A stretch of DNA of 55,424 nt from assembly GCA_022616375.1 (NCBI GenBank), contig JAKEEW010000265.1, positions 1 through 55,424 of the forward strand, read 5' to 3'. The notes below the pieces were generated by a model. It did not search any database. It saw only the letters and a program-made list of their open reading frames with translations, and had not been told where the DNA came from. A program made the position numbers and the translations under genes. This document shows, piece after piece, positions 25,202 through 35,348 of this stretch (position 1 is its first letter; every line of letters starts with the position of its first letter). This stretch comes from Sporichthyaceae bacterium. Lineage in GTDB: Bacteria > Actinomycetota > Actinomycetes > JAKEEW01.

Positions 25202-25801
25202 ATGCCCACGCCCAGCAAGGGCCCGCGGCTCGGCGGCGGTCCGGCGCATGAGCGGCTGATGTTGGCCAACCTCGCCACCGCGCTGTTCGAGCACGGTCGG
25301 ATCACCACGACCGAGGCCAAGGCCAAGCGGCTGCGCCCGTTGGCCGAGCGCCTGATCACCAAGGCTAAGCGGGGCGACCTGCACAGCCGCCGGATGGTCA
25401 TGCGGGTGATCAATGACCGGACTCGGAAGCGGATGAGCAGCCCGGCGGACCGGGCGCTGCACAATCTGTTCACCGAGATCGCGCCGCGGTACGAGAACCG
25501 CAACGGCGGCTACACCCGGATCGTCAAGGTCGGATCGCGCAAGGGTGACAACGCGCCCATGGCGGTCATCGAGCTGGTCGAGGCGCTGACCGAGGCCACC
25601 GCCGCACGCCCGGCGAAGAAGACCGCGGCGAAGAAGGCCACGGCGAAGACCGCCGGCGCGCCGGAGAAGAAAATCCGGGCCAAGAAGGTGGCCGAGGCTC
25701 CCGCCGACGCGTCGGCCGACGTTTCCGCCGATGCCGACGCCGCTGTGGCCGCCGACACCGGCACGGACACCGCCGAGGACTCCGACGAGTCGAAGGCGTA
25801 G
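25202..25801 (+). CDS. rplQ: 50S ribosomal protein L17 with internal insertion and C-terminal tail
   Basis: [10 protein letters not shown]; [10 protein letters not shown]; [13 protein letters not shown]. Confidence 0.98.
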   Translation: MPTPSKGPRLGGGPAHERLMLANLATALFEHGRITTTEAKAKRLRPLAERLITKAKRGDLHSRRMVMRVINDRTRKRMSSPADRALHNLFTEIAPRYENRNGGYTRIVKVGSRKGDNAPMAVIELVEALTEATAARPAKKTAAKKATAKTAGAPEKKIRAKKVAEAPADASADVSADADAAVAADTGTDTAEDSDESKA

Positions 25802-25843
25802 GTACTCCCCGAGCCGGCCAGTGCCCGGCCCGAGCTGTAGGGC

Positions 25844-26713
25844 GTGTCCATGACGCTCGTTGATGAGCCCGCCGTCCCCGACACCGGGGACGGCGGGCTC
25901 ATTCGACTGCGCCTCGATCTGGCCTATGACGGCACCGACTTCGCCGGTTGGGCGCGCCAAGTGGGCGGGCTGCGCACGGTCCAGGCGGTGGTCGAGGACG
26001 CGCTCGCCACCGTGTTGCGGATCGACCAGGACGGAGCCGCGCTGGTGGTCGGCGGCCGGACCGATGCCGGAGTGCACGCCCGCGGCCAGGTGGCCCACGT
26101 AGACGTGCCTGCGGTCGCCTGGCGCCCGCTGGCCAGCTCACTCACCCGGCGGCTCAACGGGGTGCTGCCGGCCGACGTGCTGGTGCACCGGGTGGCGCCG
26201 GCGATGCCGGGCTTCGATGCCAGGTTCGCCGCGCTGTCCAGGCGGTATGCGTACCGGGTCAACGACAACCCGGCCGGGCCCGACCCGCTGCGCCGGCACG
26301 ACGTGCTCTGGTACAAGCGCGCGGTCGACGTCTCGCTGATGAACGAGGCGGCCGCCGATCTGATCGGCGAGCACGACTTCGCCGCGTACTGCCGGCGCCG
26401 GCTCGGCGCCTCTACGGTCCGCAGGCTGCTGTCGCTGTCCTGGGTGCGGGAGTCCAGCGGGCTGGCCGTCGCGCACGTGCTGGCCGACGGGTTCTGCCAC
26501 AACATGGTCCGTTCGCTGGTGGGTGCGCTGCTCGCGGTCGGCGACGGGCACCGCCCGGTGGAGTGGCCGGGAGCGGTGCTGGCGGCCGGGGTGCGCGAGC
26601 CTGGCGTGCAGGTGGTGGCACCGCACGGGCTGACCCTGGAGGAGATCCGCTACCCGGCCAACCCGGCCGAGCTGGCCGCCCGGGCCACCGAGACCCGCCG
26701 GCACCGCGGCTAG
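25844..26713 (+). CDS. truA: tRNA pseudouridine(38-40) synthase
   Basis: AYDGTDFAGW; GRTDAGVHARGQV; FDARF; FCHNMVR. Confidence 0.97.
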   Translation: MSMTLVDEPAVPDTGDGGLIRLRLDLAYDGTDFAGWARQVGGLRTVQAVVEDALATVLRIDQDGAALVVGGRTDAGVHARGQVAHVDVPAVAWRPLASSLTRRLNGVLPADVLVHRVAPAMPGFDARFAALSRRYAYRVNDNPAGPDPLRRHDVLWYKRAVDVSLMNEAAADLIGEHDFAAYCRRRLGASTVRRLLSLSWVRESSGLAVAHVLADGFCHNMVRSLVGALLAVGDGHRPVEWPGAVLAAGVREPGVQVVAPHGLTLEEIRYPANPAELAARATETRRHRG

Positions 26714-26754
26714 CGCACACCTCCCGCCTCCGCCCGCCTCGCAACCCGCATTTT

Positions 26755-26833
26755 CAAGATCGCCGTTTTCGTGATCGCATTGCCGAAAAAGCGCAGGTCG
26801 CGACCGAGAGGGATCATGAAAACGGCGATCTTG
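26755..26833. repeat. 79-bp palindromic REP/MITE-like element, family A copy 2
   Basis: 22-nt arms caagatcgccgttttcgtgatc / gatcatgaaaacggcgatcttg (21/22); followed by three 12-bp units cttggt(c/g)cg(a/g)gg. Confidence 0.85.
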
Positions 26834-26927
26834 GTCCGAGGCTTGGTCCGGGGCTTGGTGCGAGGTGGGGCGGGGATGAACGGTGGGACCCTCGCCAACC
26901 GGGCGATCTGCCCCATACCGTTCGGAT

Positions 26928-28311
26928 ATGGATCGGGCGTGCATCATCGGAGCCGGCTCCTCGGGCATCACCGCGGCCCAGGTGTTAGCCGAACGCGGGA
27001 TCGACTTCGACTGGTTCGAGCTCGGTAGCCAGATCGGCGGCAACTGGTGCTACCGCAACGACAATGGGCTGTCCTCGGGCCTACGCCTCGTTGCGGATCA
27101 ACACCTCGCGCACCGTGATGGAGTACCAGGCCTACCCGATGCCCAAGGACTACCCGGACTACCCGAACCACTGGGAGATCCAGCGCTACTTCGAGAGCTT
27201 CGTCGAGCACTTCAAGCTGGCCGAACGGATCACGTTCCGGACCCGGGCGGAACGGGTGGCGCCGGCGCCGGATGGCGAACCCGGCTACGACGTCACGATC
27301 CGACCGCTCGACCGGCCCGACGCGCCGGCGCAGACCTACCGATACCGCTGGGTGCTGGCGGCCAGTGGGCACCACTGGGACCCTCGCTGGCCTGAGCCGG
27401 CCTTCCCGGGCGAGTTCGACGGCCAGATCATGCACAGCCACGACTACAAGACGCCGGACTTCCTGGTCGGCAAGCGGGTGCTGGTGCTGGGCATCGGCAA
27501 CTCCGCGGCCGACATCGCGGTCGAGGCATCCCGGGCGGCGGCCGCCACGTTCCTTGCGATCCGGCGCAGCGCGCACGTGATCCCGCGCTACGTGCTCGGC
27601 CGCCCGGCCGATGCCACGGCCAAGTCGATGTCGCTGCTACCGATCCGGATCCAGGAGCTGCTGGACACCGGGGTGCTGTTCCTGGCCCGCGGCCGGGTGT
27701 CCTGGTCCGGTTTGCCGCAGCCCAGGCACCGGGTGCTGCAGGCACACCCGACCATGTCCAGCGACCTGCTGCCGGCGATCCGCCGCGGGTTCATCACGGT
27801 CAAGCCCAACCTGGCGGAGCTGCAGGGTGATCGGGTCCGCTTCACCGACGGCAGCACCGAACAGGTCGATGTAGTGATCTACTGCACCGGTTACAAGATC
27901 ACATTTCCGTTCCTCGACGAGGAGTTCTTCGCCGCGCCGGACAACCAGGTGCGGTTGTTCCAGCGAGCGGTCGATCCGGACCGGCCCGGACTCTACTTCG
28001 TCGGCCTGATCCAGCCGCTCGGCGCGATCATGCCGCTGGCCGAGCTGCAGTCCCGCTGGATTGCCGAGCTGATCCTGGGCGAGGCCGCGCTGCCCGGCCG
28101 CGCCGAGATGGACCGCGAGATCAACGGCTGGGCCGACGCGATGGCCCGCCGCTACGTCACCTCGAAGCGGCACACCATCGAGGTCGACGCGTTCAGCTAT
28201 CTGCGCGGGCTCAACCGGGAACGGCGCCGCGGCCGGCGCCGAGCCAGTGCCGCCCGCCGGGCCGGTGCCTCCAGCCGTGCAACAGATCGGGACCGGCTGC
28301 TGTCTAAGTAG
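26928..28311 (+). pseudogene. Flavin-containing monooxygenase (FMO family), +1 frameshift at about 27077-27079
   Basis: Frame A gives MDRACIIGAGSSG...IGGNW..RNDNGLSS. Frame B continues AYASLRINTS, with FDGQIMHSHDYK (FMO motif) and GIGNSA. One extra G in tcg-g-gcc. Could be a sequencing error. Confidence 0.8.
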
Positions 28312-28325
28312 CCGGAGGGATGCGG

Positions 28326-28838
28326 ATGAGCCCCGGCGCCGCGGGACGGTTAGCCGATTTCGAGTCGTTTGTAGCCGAGCAGATGTCGCAGCTGCTCGGC
28401 TACGCGCATGCGCTGACCGGCGATCGCAGGCACGCCGAAGACCTGGTCCAGGAGGCGCTGATCCGTACCGGCCTGGCCTGGCATCGGGTCCGGCGCAAGG
28501 ACCGGCCGACGGCCTACGTCAAGACCGCGATCCTGCGGCTGTACCTGAACGAGCGCAGGCGCTCGTCCGTGCCGGCTGCCGGCTACGAGGTGGACAACGG
28601 TGCCCCGGACCCGGGCTTCACGCAGGTGGATGAGCAGGACGCGCTCAAGCAGGCACTGGCCAAGGTGCCGCCGAAGATGCGCGCGGTGCTCGTGCTGCGC
28701 TATCTCGACGGGCTACCCGACGACGAGATCGCCACGGCGCTCGGCTGTTCCCGCGGCACGGTACGGACCCAGGCGGCACGTGGGTTGGCGAAGCTTCGCT
28801 CCGCCTACCTGGATGGAGTGACCCGGCATGAAGCGTGA
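28326..28838 (+). CDS. ECF sigma factor, actinobacterial SigE-like family
   Basis: LTGDRRHAEDLVQEAL (region 2); RAVLVLRY..L.D.EIA..LGCSRGTVRTQAARGLAKLR (region 4); GGAGG RBS. Confidence 0.92.
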   Translation: MSPGAAGRLADFESFVAEQMSQLLGYAHALTGDRRHAEDLVQEALIRTGLAWHRVRRKDRPTAYVKTAILRLYLNERRRSSVPAAGYEVDNGAPDPGFTQVDEQDALKQALAKVPPKMRAVLVLRYLDGLPDDEIATALGCSRGTVRTQAARGLAKLRSAYLDGVTRHEA

Positions 28839-30162
28839 CGACGACTGGCTGGTGACCGCGTTCGAGCCGGAGCGCTGGTCACTGTCCACCGATCCGGCCC
28901 AGGTGGACCGGATCGTGGCCGAGGTGAGGCATCGCCGCCGGCGCCGGCTGGCGATCCGGAGCGGCTCGGGCGTGCTCGCCGTCGCCCTGGTGACGGCCGC
29001 CGCGGTGGCCGTGGTCAACTCCGATCTGGTCCGCAACGCGCCCGCGCAACCGGTGCAGCTCCTGACTCAACCGCAAACCACGGGCCCGCTCCCGGAGCCG
29101 GTGACCAAGTCGGTTGCCGGGCTGGACGAGCTGGTCGAGTTGCTGCCCGGGATCACCGTGACCGAACGAGACCTCGGGTCGTTCGACCCGGTCCGGCTGG
29201 TCGACCAGGCCACCCTGCTCGGCGTGATCGAGCGGGACGGAAAGCCCGAGCTCGCACTGCTCGATCTGCCGTCCGGCGACCAGATTCCGGTGGCCCGGCT
29301 GGACCGGTCGTTCGTGGACGCCGCCTGGCTTGACGACGACTACATCGTGTGGATGGAAACCGAGCACGTGGACGTGGACGCCTCCGGCGGGTATCGGCCG
29401 GAGGAGCTCATCGTGCGGTGCTTCGATCGCGCCACCGCCCAGACCAGCCGGCTCCGGATCCCGGCCGCCGATCCGGCCGGTATGCCCTTCCCGACCACCT
29501 GGGGCTTCGGCGAGGTCGCGCTCGGCGGTGGCCGGATCGTGGTGTCGATGCACCTGGAAACCACCGGCCCCAGCGGTTCGTTCGTTGAGGTCAACAACCT
29601 GTATGTGGCGCAGGGATGTGGGGACGACCTCGAGCTGCTGGCCGCGCATGCCGGCTACCCCGAGGTCTCCGGGCAGTGGCTGTACTACCTGCATTCCCCG
29701 GACGGGACGGACGGGATCTGGCGGCAGAAGCTGTCGGGATCCGAGCCCGAGCCGATTGCCGCGCCCGCGGGACTGTTCGCGCTCACCGGCGACGCGGTGG
29801 TCTGGGACGAGACCCGGGTCGGCGCGCTCACCTCCACCGTCACGCTGCATGCCGCCCGGCTGGACGGCTCGCATGCCAGGGTGGTGCCGTCCTCGCGCGG
29901 CTGGCAGCTGGGTCTGGAGGGCTCTCGATCCGCGGTCTTCGGTTTCGTGCTCGATCCGGACAGCCAGACGTTCGACTACCAGGGCTGGTGGCTCTACGTT
30001 CCGTCGTTGGGAGCCATCGTGACCGGGCCGCCACCTGACGCGGCACCAGGCGCGACGATGATGCTGGACGGCCACGGCGCCGGTGCCGACCAGCTGCTGT
30101 TCATCGAGGATTCCGGCCATGGGGTCAGGACCGGCAGAATCCTGGTGGTGAGCCTGCCATGA
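28828..30162 (+). CDS. Single-pass membrane protein, putative anti-sigma/sensor with large extracytoplasmic beta-rich domain
   Basis: Short N-terminus, Arg-rich stretch (RHRRRRR), hydrophobic helix, Pro-rich linker, then a beta-strand-like domain; overlaps the sigma gene by 11 nt. Confidence 0.65.
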   Translation: MKRDDDWLVTAFEPERWSLSTDPAQVDRIVAEVRHRRRRRLAIRSGSGVLAVALVTAAAVAVVNSDLVRNAPAQPVQLLTQPQTTGPLPEPVTKSVAGLDELVELLPGITVTERDLGSFDPVRLVDQATLLGVIERDGKPELALLDLPSGDQIPVARLDRSFVDAAWLDDDYIVWMETEHVDVDASGGYRPEELIVRCFDRATAQTSRLRIPAADPAGMPFPTTWGFGEVALGGGRIVVSMHLETTGPSGSFVEVNNLYVAQGCGDDLELLAAHAGYPEVSGQWLYYLHSPDGTDGIWRQKLSGSEPEPIAAPAGLFALTGDAVVWDETRVGALTSTVTLHAARLDGSHARVVPSSRGWQLGLEGSRSAVFGFVLDPDSQTFDYQGWWLYVPSLGAIVTGPPPDAAPGATMMLDGHGAGADQLLFIEDSGHGVRTGRILVVSLP

Positions 30163-30614
30163 GCCCCGCCGGGATCCCGACCTTCGAGCAGTTCGCCGCG
30201 GTTCGGCTGGTCGCGCTGCGCGGCTACGCGCAACAGCTCACGGCGGATGCCGAGCTCTCCGGAGCACTGGTCGAGGAAGCCCTGATCCGGACCGGCCTGA
30301 CCTGGTCACGAGTGATCAAGGACGGCGATCCGGACGGCTACACCCGCGCCACGATCGTGGCGCTCTACCTCAGTCGGTGGGCCAGGCGGCGGGACGGGGG
30401 GTCGAGCGGAGCCGGCGAAGCGACGGCGCCGCGTTCCGCCCGGCTACGCCGTACGATCATGGTCCTCTGCCGGGTCGACGGGTTGCCCGACGACCAGATC
30501 GCCCGCCTGGTCGGACTGAGCGAGCGCCGGGTCCGCCGGATCGTCGCGGAAATGCGTTCGCGATCACTGCCCTTGGCAGGTCAGACTCAGCAAGCGTGGG
30601 CCACGTCGAAGTAG
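30159..30614 (+). CDS. Degenerate ECF sigma factor paralog
   Basis: ATGA-coupled; shares LV.EALIRTGL.W.RV and DGLPDD.IA with 28326-28838. Confidence 0.65.
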   Translation: MSPAGIPTFEQFAAVRLVALRGYAQQLTADAELSGALVEEALIRTGLTWSRVIKDGDPDGYTRATIVALYLSRWARRRDGGSSGAGEATAPRSARLRRTIMVLCRVDGLPDDQIARLVGLSERRVRRIVAEMRSRSLPLAGQTQQAWATSK

Positions 30615-32206
30615 CCAAGCTCAGACACCAGCTCCCGGACGGCCGGGTGCTGTTCGACGACGTCTCGTTCCGGGTCGGCGACAGTGCCAAGGTCGCGCTG
30701 GTCGGACCGAACGGCGCGGGCAAGACCACGCTGGTCCGGATGATCGCGGGCGATCTGGTGGCCAAGTCGGGCACCGTCACGTCCAGCGGCGGTCTGGGCG
30801 TGATGCGGCAGTTCATCGGCTCGGTGCGGGACGAGTCCACGGTGCGCGACCTGCTGCTCGGAGTGGCGCCACCGCGGATCCAGCAAGCTGCCGCCACGCT
30901 GGAGGCGGCCGAGCTGGCGATGATGGAGCGCGACGACGACGAGCGGGTCCAGATGCGCTACGCCCAGGCGCTGGCCGACTGGGGCGACGCCGGCGGCTAC
31001 GACGCCGAGGTGCTCTGGGACACCTGCACGGTGGCCGCGCTCGGGGTGCCCTACGAGCGGGCCCAGTACCGCGGACTGCGCACGCTGTCCGGTGGCGAGC
31101 AGAAGCGGCTGGCCCTGGAGGCGCTGCTGCGCGGCCCGGACGAGGTGCTGCTGCTGGACGAGCCGGACAACTATCTGGACGTCCCCGGCAAGCAGTGGCT
31201 GGAGACCGCGCTGCAGGAGTCGCCAAAGACGGTTCTGTTCATCTCGCACGACCGGGAGCTGCTGGCCAGGGCCGCGACCCGGATCGTCACGATCGAGGAC
31301 GGCCGGTCCTGGGTGCACGGCGGCAGCTTCGTCACCTACCACGAGGCCAGGACCGAGCGGATCGAGCGGCTCGAGGAGCTGCGCCGCCGCTGGGACGAGG
31401 AGCACGCCAAGCTCAAGGCGCTGGTCCTCCGCTTGAAGATCAAGGCGACCTACAACGACGGTATGGCCAGCCAGTATCACGCGGCCCAGACCCGGTTGCG
31501 CCGGTTCGAGGAGGCCGGGCCGCCGGAGGAGAAGCCGCGGGAGCAGCGGGTCCGGATGCGGCTGCGCGGCGGACGGACCGGGATCCGGGCGGTGACCTGC
31601 GAGGACCTCGAGCTCACCGGACTGATGCGGCCATTCTCGGTAGAGATCTTCTATGGCGAGCGGGTTGCGGTGCTCGGCAGCAACGGATCCGGCAAGTCGC
31701 ACTTCCTTCGGCTGCTTGCCGGCGGGCACGTCAAGCACGCCGGCCGGTGGAAGCTGGGTGCCCGGGTAGTGCCCGGCCACTTTGCCCAGACGCACGAGCA
31801 TCCGGAGCTCGAAGGCCAGTCGCTGACCGAGATCCTGTGGACCGAGCAGTCGCTGCAGCGGCACGACGCGATGCACGCGCTGGCGCGCTACGAGCTGCAG
31901 TTCTGCGGCGATCAGCCGTTCGAGACGCTGTCCGGCGGGCAGCAGGCTCGGTTCCAGATCTTGCTGCTCGAACTGGCCGGCTCCACCGCGCTGCTGCTCG
32001 ACGAGCCGACCGACAACCTGGACCTGGCCAGCGCGGAAGCGCTGGAGGAGGGCTTGCTGAGCTACCAGGGCACAGTGCTCGCGGTGACCCACGACCGGTG
32101 GTTGGCGCGCTCGTTCGACCGGTTCCTGATCTTCGGATCGGACGGCTCCGTCTACGAGGCGCCGGAGCCGGTCTGGGACGAGGGCCGGGTCGCCCGGGAG
32201 CGGTGA
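30596..32206 (+). CDS. ABC-F family ATP-binding protein
   Basis: Two NBDs (GPNGAGKT/LSGGE/LLLDEPDN and GSNGSGKS/LSGGQ/LLLDEPTD), no TM helices; GTG start MGHVEV. Confidence 0.93.
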   Translation: MGHVEVAKLRHQLPDGRVLFDDVSFRVGDSAKVALVGPNGAGKTTLVRMIAGDLVAKSGTVTSSGGLGVMRQFIGSVRDESTVRDLLLGVAPPRIQQAAATLEAAELAMMERDDDERVQMRYAQALADWGDAGGYDAEVLWDTCTVAALGVPYERAQYRGLRTLSGGEQKRLALEALLRGPDEVLLLDEPDNYLDVPGKQWLETALQESPKTVLFISHDRELLARAATRIVTIEDGRSWVHGGSFVTYHEARTERIERLEELRRRWDEEHAKLKALVLRLKIKATYNDGMASQYHAAQTRLRRFEEAGPPEEKPREQRVRMRLRGGRTGIRAVTCEDLELTGLMRPFSVEIFYGERVAVLGSNGSGKSHFLRLLAGGHVKHAGRWKLGARVVPGHFAQTHEHPELEGQSLTEILWTEQSLQRHDAMHALARYELQFCGDQPFETLSGGQQARFQILLLELAGSTALLLDEPTDNLDLASAEALEEGLLSYQGTVLAVTHDRWLARSFDRFLIFGSDGSVYEAPEPVWDEGRVARER

Positions 32207-32343
32207 TCGTCGCTGCCTACTCGGGCAGTGCCGGGTGCCCCAAAGTCCGCTCGCTTTCCGGGTTTACCGGATCTTGTTTTGTGGAACCCTCGCGTTGGCG
32301 ATCAACTTTGATCGCGACTCGTGTCCGCGAAAGGGGCATGGAC

Positions 32344-32505
32344 ATGCTTGCTTTGGCTGGCGCTGTATCGTTCGTCGTAGCTCTCATCTGGCGACTGGCC
32401 GAGGTCGGTAGCCAGACCGACAAGATCAACGAGAACTTCTGGGTGGTCCTTGGCCTCCTGCTCGTCGCCCTTCACCTCGGTGGAGTCGGCAGTAGAAGGC
32501 CGTAG
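32344..32505 (+). CDS. Small two-TM membrane protein (53 aa)
   Basis: AAGGGG RBS; MLALAGAVSFVVALIW...FWVVLGLLLVALHLGGVG; alternative ATG at 32338. Confidence 0.65.
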   Translation: MLALAGAVSFVVALIWRLAEVGSQTDKINENFWVVLGLLLVALHLGGVGSRRP

Positions 32506-32586
32506 CCAACCTGCGCGAGACCGCCGGGCCTCGGCACCTTCCCCCGTGGGTGTCCGAGGTCCGGCCCTTTCATGCGGCCCGCCACT

Positions 32587-32616
32587 TTGACCAGGCGTGG
32601 TCACCGCCGGTATTCT
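32587..32616 (+). promoter_or_regulatory. Promoter of rplM-rpsI
   Basis: TTGACC, 18 nt spacer, TATTCT. Confidence 0.7.
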
Positions 32617-32742
32617 GCGAGGTCGTTGCGCGTGCTAGCCTGCCCGCGGGCAGGTAGGCGTCGCGCGGCTGGTATTGCGGGCCGTCTGGCCGCGGTATCC
32701 CACCATGAAGGCCCCTTTCCATCACAGCGAAGGCTTATGACC

Positions 32743-33186
32743 GTGCGCACGTACAGCCCGAAGCCCGGCGACGTCCAGCGTCAGTGGCACGTGATCGACG
32801 CGACCGACGTCGTCCTCGGCCGGCTCGCCTCCCAGGCAGCGATCTTGCTGCGAGGCAAGCACAAGCCGATCTACGCGCCGCACGTGGACACCGGCGATTT
32901 CGTCATCATCGTGAACGCCGAGAAGATCTCGCTGTCCGGGAACAAGCGGGAGCAGAAGATGGCCTACCGGCACTCCGGTTACCCGGGTGGGCTGCGCGCC
33001 ATCAGCTACGGCGAGCTGCTCGACAAGGACCCCCGCAAGGCGGTCGAGAAGGCCATCAAGGGCATGCTCCCGCACAACACCCTCGGTCGGCAGATGCTGA
33101 AGAAGCTGAAGATCTACTCCGGCCCGGCGCACCCGCACCAGGCGCAGCAGCCGGTGCCGTACGAGATCACCCAGGTCGCGCAGTAG
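32743..33186 (+). CDS. rplM: 50S ribosomal protein L13
   Basis: [10 protein letters not shown]; LGRLASQ; GKHKP; HSGYPGG; 147 aa. Confidence 0.99.
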   Translation: MRTYSPKPGDVQRQWHVIDATDVVLGRLASQAAILLRGKHKPIYAPHVDTGDFVIIVNAEKISLSGNKREQKMAYRHSGYPGGLRAISYGELLDKDPRKAVEKAIKGMLPHNTLGRQMLKKLKIYSGPAHPHQAQQPVPYEITQVAQ

Positions 33187-33230
33187 CCACGGCCGGCAAC
33201 CCACGAACGTCAGCGAAAGGAACCGTGGCA

Positions 33231-33725
33231 GTGTCTGAGGCCACCCTCGAAACCCCGGTCGTCGTCTCCGACGACGACGCGCCGGAGAGCTACACCTCCG
33301 AGTCGTCGGCGGCTCGGCCGGCCCGCACCTCGGCGATCGAACCGGGCGCGGCAACCGGTCGGCGCAAGGAGGCGATCGCCCGGGTCCGGATCGTCCCGGG
33401 CACCGGCCGCTGGTTGATCAACGGCCGCCCGCTCGAGGCGTACTTCCCGAACAAGGTCCACCAGCAGATGGTCAACGAGCCGTTCAAGACCCTCGAGCTG
33501 GACGGCCGGTACGACGTGTTCGCTCGTATTCACGGCGGCGGGGTTTCCGGTCAGGCCGGCGCGCTGCGGCTGGGCATCGCCCGGGCGCTGAACGAGGCCG
33601 ACCTGGAGAGCAACCGCCCAACCCTGAAGAAGGCGGGCTTCCTCACCCGGGACGCGCGGGTCAAGGAGCGCAAGAAGTACGGTCTGAAGAAGGCGCGCAA
33701 GGCGCCCCAGTACAGCAAGCGCTAA
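33231..33725 (+). CDS. rpsI: 30S ribosomal protein S9
   Basis: [11 protein letters not shown]; [10 protein letters not shown]; [19 protein letters not shown]; start codon approximate. Confidence 0.98.
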   Translation: MSEATLETPVVVSDDDAPESYTSESSAARPARTSAIEPGAATGRRKEAIARVRIVPGTGRWLINGRPLEAYFPNKVHQQMVNEPFKTLELDGRYDVFARIHGGGVSGQAGALRLGIARALNEADLESNRPTLKKAGFLTRDARVKERKKYGLKKARKAPQYSKR

Positions 33726-33753
33726 GCAGCACGCCTCGGCAGATCAGAGCGAG

Positions 33754-33799
33754 AGCAGCACTCCGGGGGGTCAGTACCGCGACCCCCCGGAGTGCTGTT
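33754..33799 (+). terminator. Hairpin after rpsI
   Basis: cagcactccggggggtc / gaccccccggagtgctg followed by ttgtgt. Confidence 0.7.
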
Positions 33800-33820
33800 G
33801 TGTAAGGAGGACACGACCTA

Positions 33821-35173
33821 GTGGGCCGACTATTCGGCACGGACGGTGTGCGCGGCCGGGCGAACGTGGACGTGACCGCCGAGCTCGCCCTGGATCTCTC
33901 GGTGGCGGCCGCGCATGTGCTCGGCGACGTGGGCGAGTTCGCCGGGCACCGCCCGGTCGCGGTGGTCGGCCGGGACCCGCGGGCCTCCGGGGAGTTCCTC
34001 GAGGCCGCGGTGGTGGCCGGGCTGGCCAGCGCCGGCGTCGACGTGCTGCGGGTCGGCGTGCTGCCCACGCCGGCGATCGCCTACCTCACCGACACGCTCG
34101 GAGCGGATCTCGGAGTCGTGCTGTCCGCCTCGCACAACCCGATGCCGGACAACGGGATCAAGTTCTTCGCCAGAGGCGGGCTCAAGCTGGCCGACGAGAT
34201 CGAGGACGCGATCGAGCAGCGGATCGGCGAGCAGTGGCAGCGGCCGACCGGAGCCGAGGTCGGCCGGGTCCGTGCTAACGGCGGCAGCGCCGAGCGATAC
34301 ATCGGCCACCTGCTCGACACGCTGCCCAACCGGCTGGACGGGCTGCGGGTCGTGGTCGACTGCGCGCACGGCGCGGCCTGTGCGGTGGCGCCCGAGGCGC
34401 TGCGCCGGGCCGGTGCCGACGTGGTGGCGATCGGGGCCGAGCCGACCGGGCTGAACATCAACGAGGGCTTCGGTTCCACACATCTGGATCAGCTGCAGGC
34501 GGCGGTTCCGGCCCACCGGGCCGACCTTGGCATCGCCCTGGACGGGGACGCCGACCGGTGTCTCGCGGTCGACGCCACCGGTGCGGTCGTCGACGGCGAC
34601 CAGATCATGGCGGTGCTCGCGCTGGCGATGCGCGAGGGGGGCACGCTGGCGCACGACACCGTGGTGGCGACCGTGATGTCCAACTTGGGCCTGCGGCTTG
34701 CGATGCGGCGTGAGGGCGTGCAGTTGGTGGAGACCGCGGTCGGCGACCGGTACGTGCTGGAGGCGATGAAGGCCGGCGGCTACAGCCTCGGCGGCGAGCA
34801 GTCCGGGCACGTCCTCCTGCTCGACCACGCAACGACCGGAGACGGCCTGCTGACCGGCCTGCATCTGCTGGCCAGGACGGCCGCGTCGGGCAAGCCGCTG
34901 GCCGAGCTGGCGGCCGTGATGACCCGGTTCCCGCAGGTCCTGGTCAACGTCAAGGACGTGGACAAGACCGGGCTCGACTCCGCCCAGGACGTGCTGGCCG
35001 AGGTGGCCGCGGTGGAGGCCGAGCTGGGCGAGTCCGGCCGAGTGCTGCTGCGCCCGTCCGGCACCGAGCCGCTGGTGCGGGTCATGGTGGAGGCGAGCAC
35101 CGAGACCGCGGCCCGGACTGCCGCCGACCGGCTGGCCGCCGTGGTCAAGCGTTCCCTGCCGGTCGCTGGCTAG
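33821..35173 (+). CDS. glmM: Phosphoglucosamine mutase
   Basis: FGTDGVRG; SASHNP; DGDADR; GGEQSGH; RPSGTEP. Confidence 0.98.
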   Translation: MGRLFGTDGVRGRANVDVTAELALDLSVAAAHVLGDVGEFAGHRPVAVVGRDPRASGEFLEAAVVAGLASAGVDVLRVGVLPTPAIAYLTDTLGADLGVVLSASHNPMPDNGIKFFARGGLKLADEIEDAIEQRIGEQWQRPTGAEVGRVRANGGSAERYIGHLLDTLPNRLDGLRVVVDCAHGAACAVAPEALRRAGADVVAIGAEPTGLNINEGFGSTHLDQLQAAVPAHRADLGIALDGDADRCLAVDATGAVVDGDQIMAVLALAMREGGTLAHDTVVATVMSNLGLRLAMRREGVQLVETAVGDRYVLEAMKAGGYSLGGEQSGHVLLLDHATTGDGLLTGLHLLARTAASGKPLAELAAVMTRFPQVLVNVKDVDKTGLDSAQDVLAEVAAVEAELGESGRVLLRPSGTEPLVRVMVEASTETAARTAADRLAAVVKRSLPVAG

Positions 35174-35231
35174 ACCAGGTTGCCGCGGAAAGTAGTGGCT
35201 ACGCTGAAAGCAGCAACCCTACGCTCGTAGC

Positions 35232-35321
35232 ATGACCGCATTCTCGGCTCGCGATCTACGCAACCACACGGCCGAGATCCTGCCCGATACCACGGACGAC
35301 GTCCCCGGCATCAGGCTCTGA
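35232..35321 (+). pseudogene. Collapsed Phd/YefM (VapB-like) antitoxin remnant, 29 aa
   Basis: MTAFSARDLRNHTAEIL matches the Phd-type N-terminal pattern (xRELRNxxxxxL). Palindrome ctacg-ct-cgtag (35219-35230) sits immediately upstream. Confidence 0.6.
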
Positions 35322-35348
35322 CGCGGCCGGAGGCGCGCTGGTGGGTTG

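Noticed and set aside
30596-32206. ARE-type antibiotic-resistance ABC-F
   Set aside because: The subfamily cannot be assigned by eye; its position just before rplM in a core region is at least as consistent with a housekeeping translation factor.
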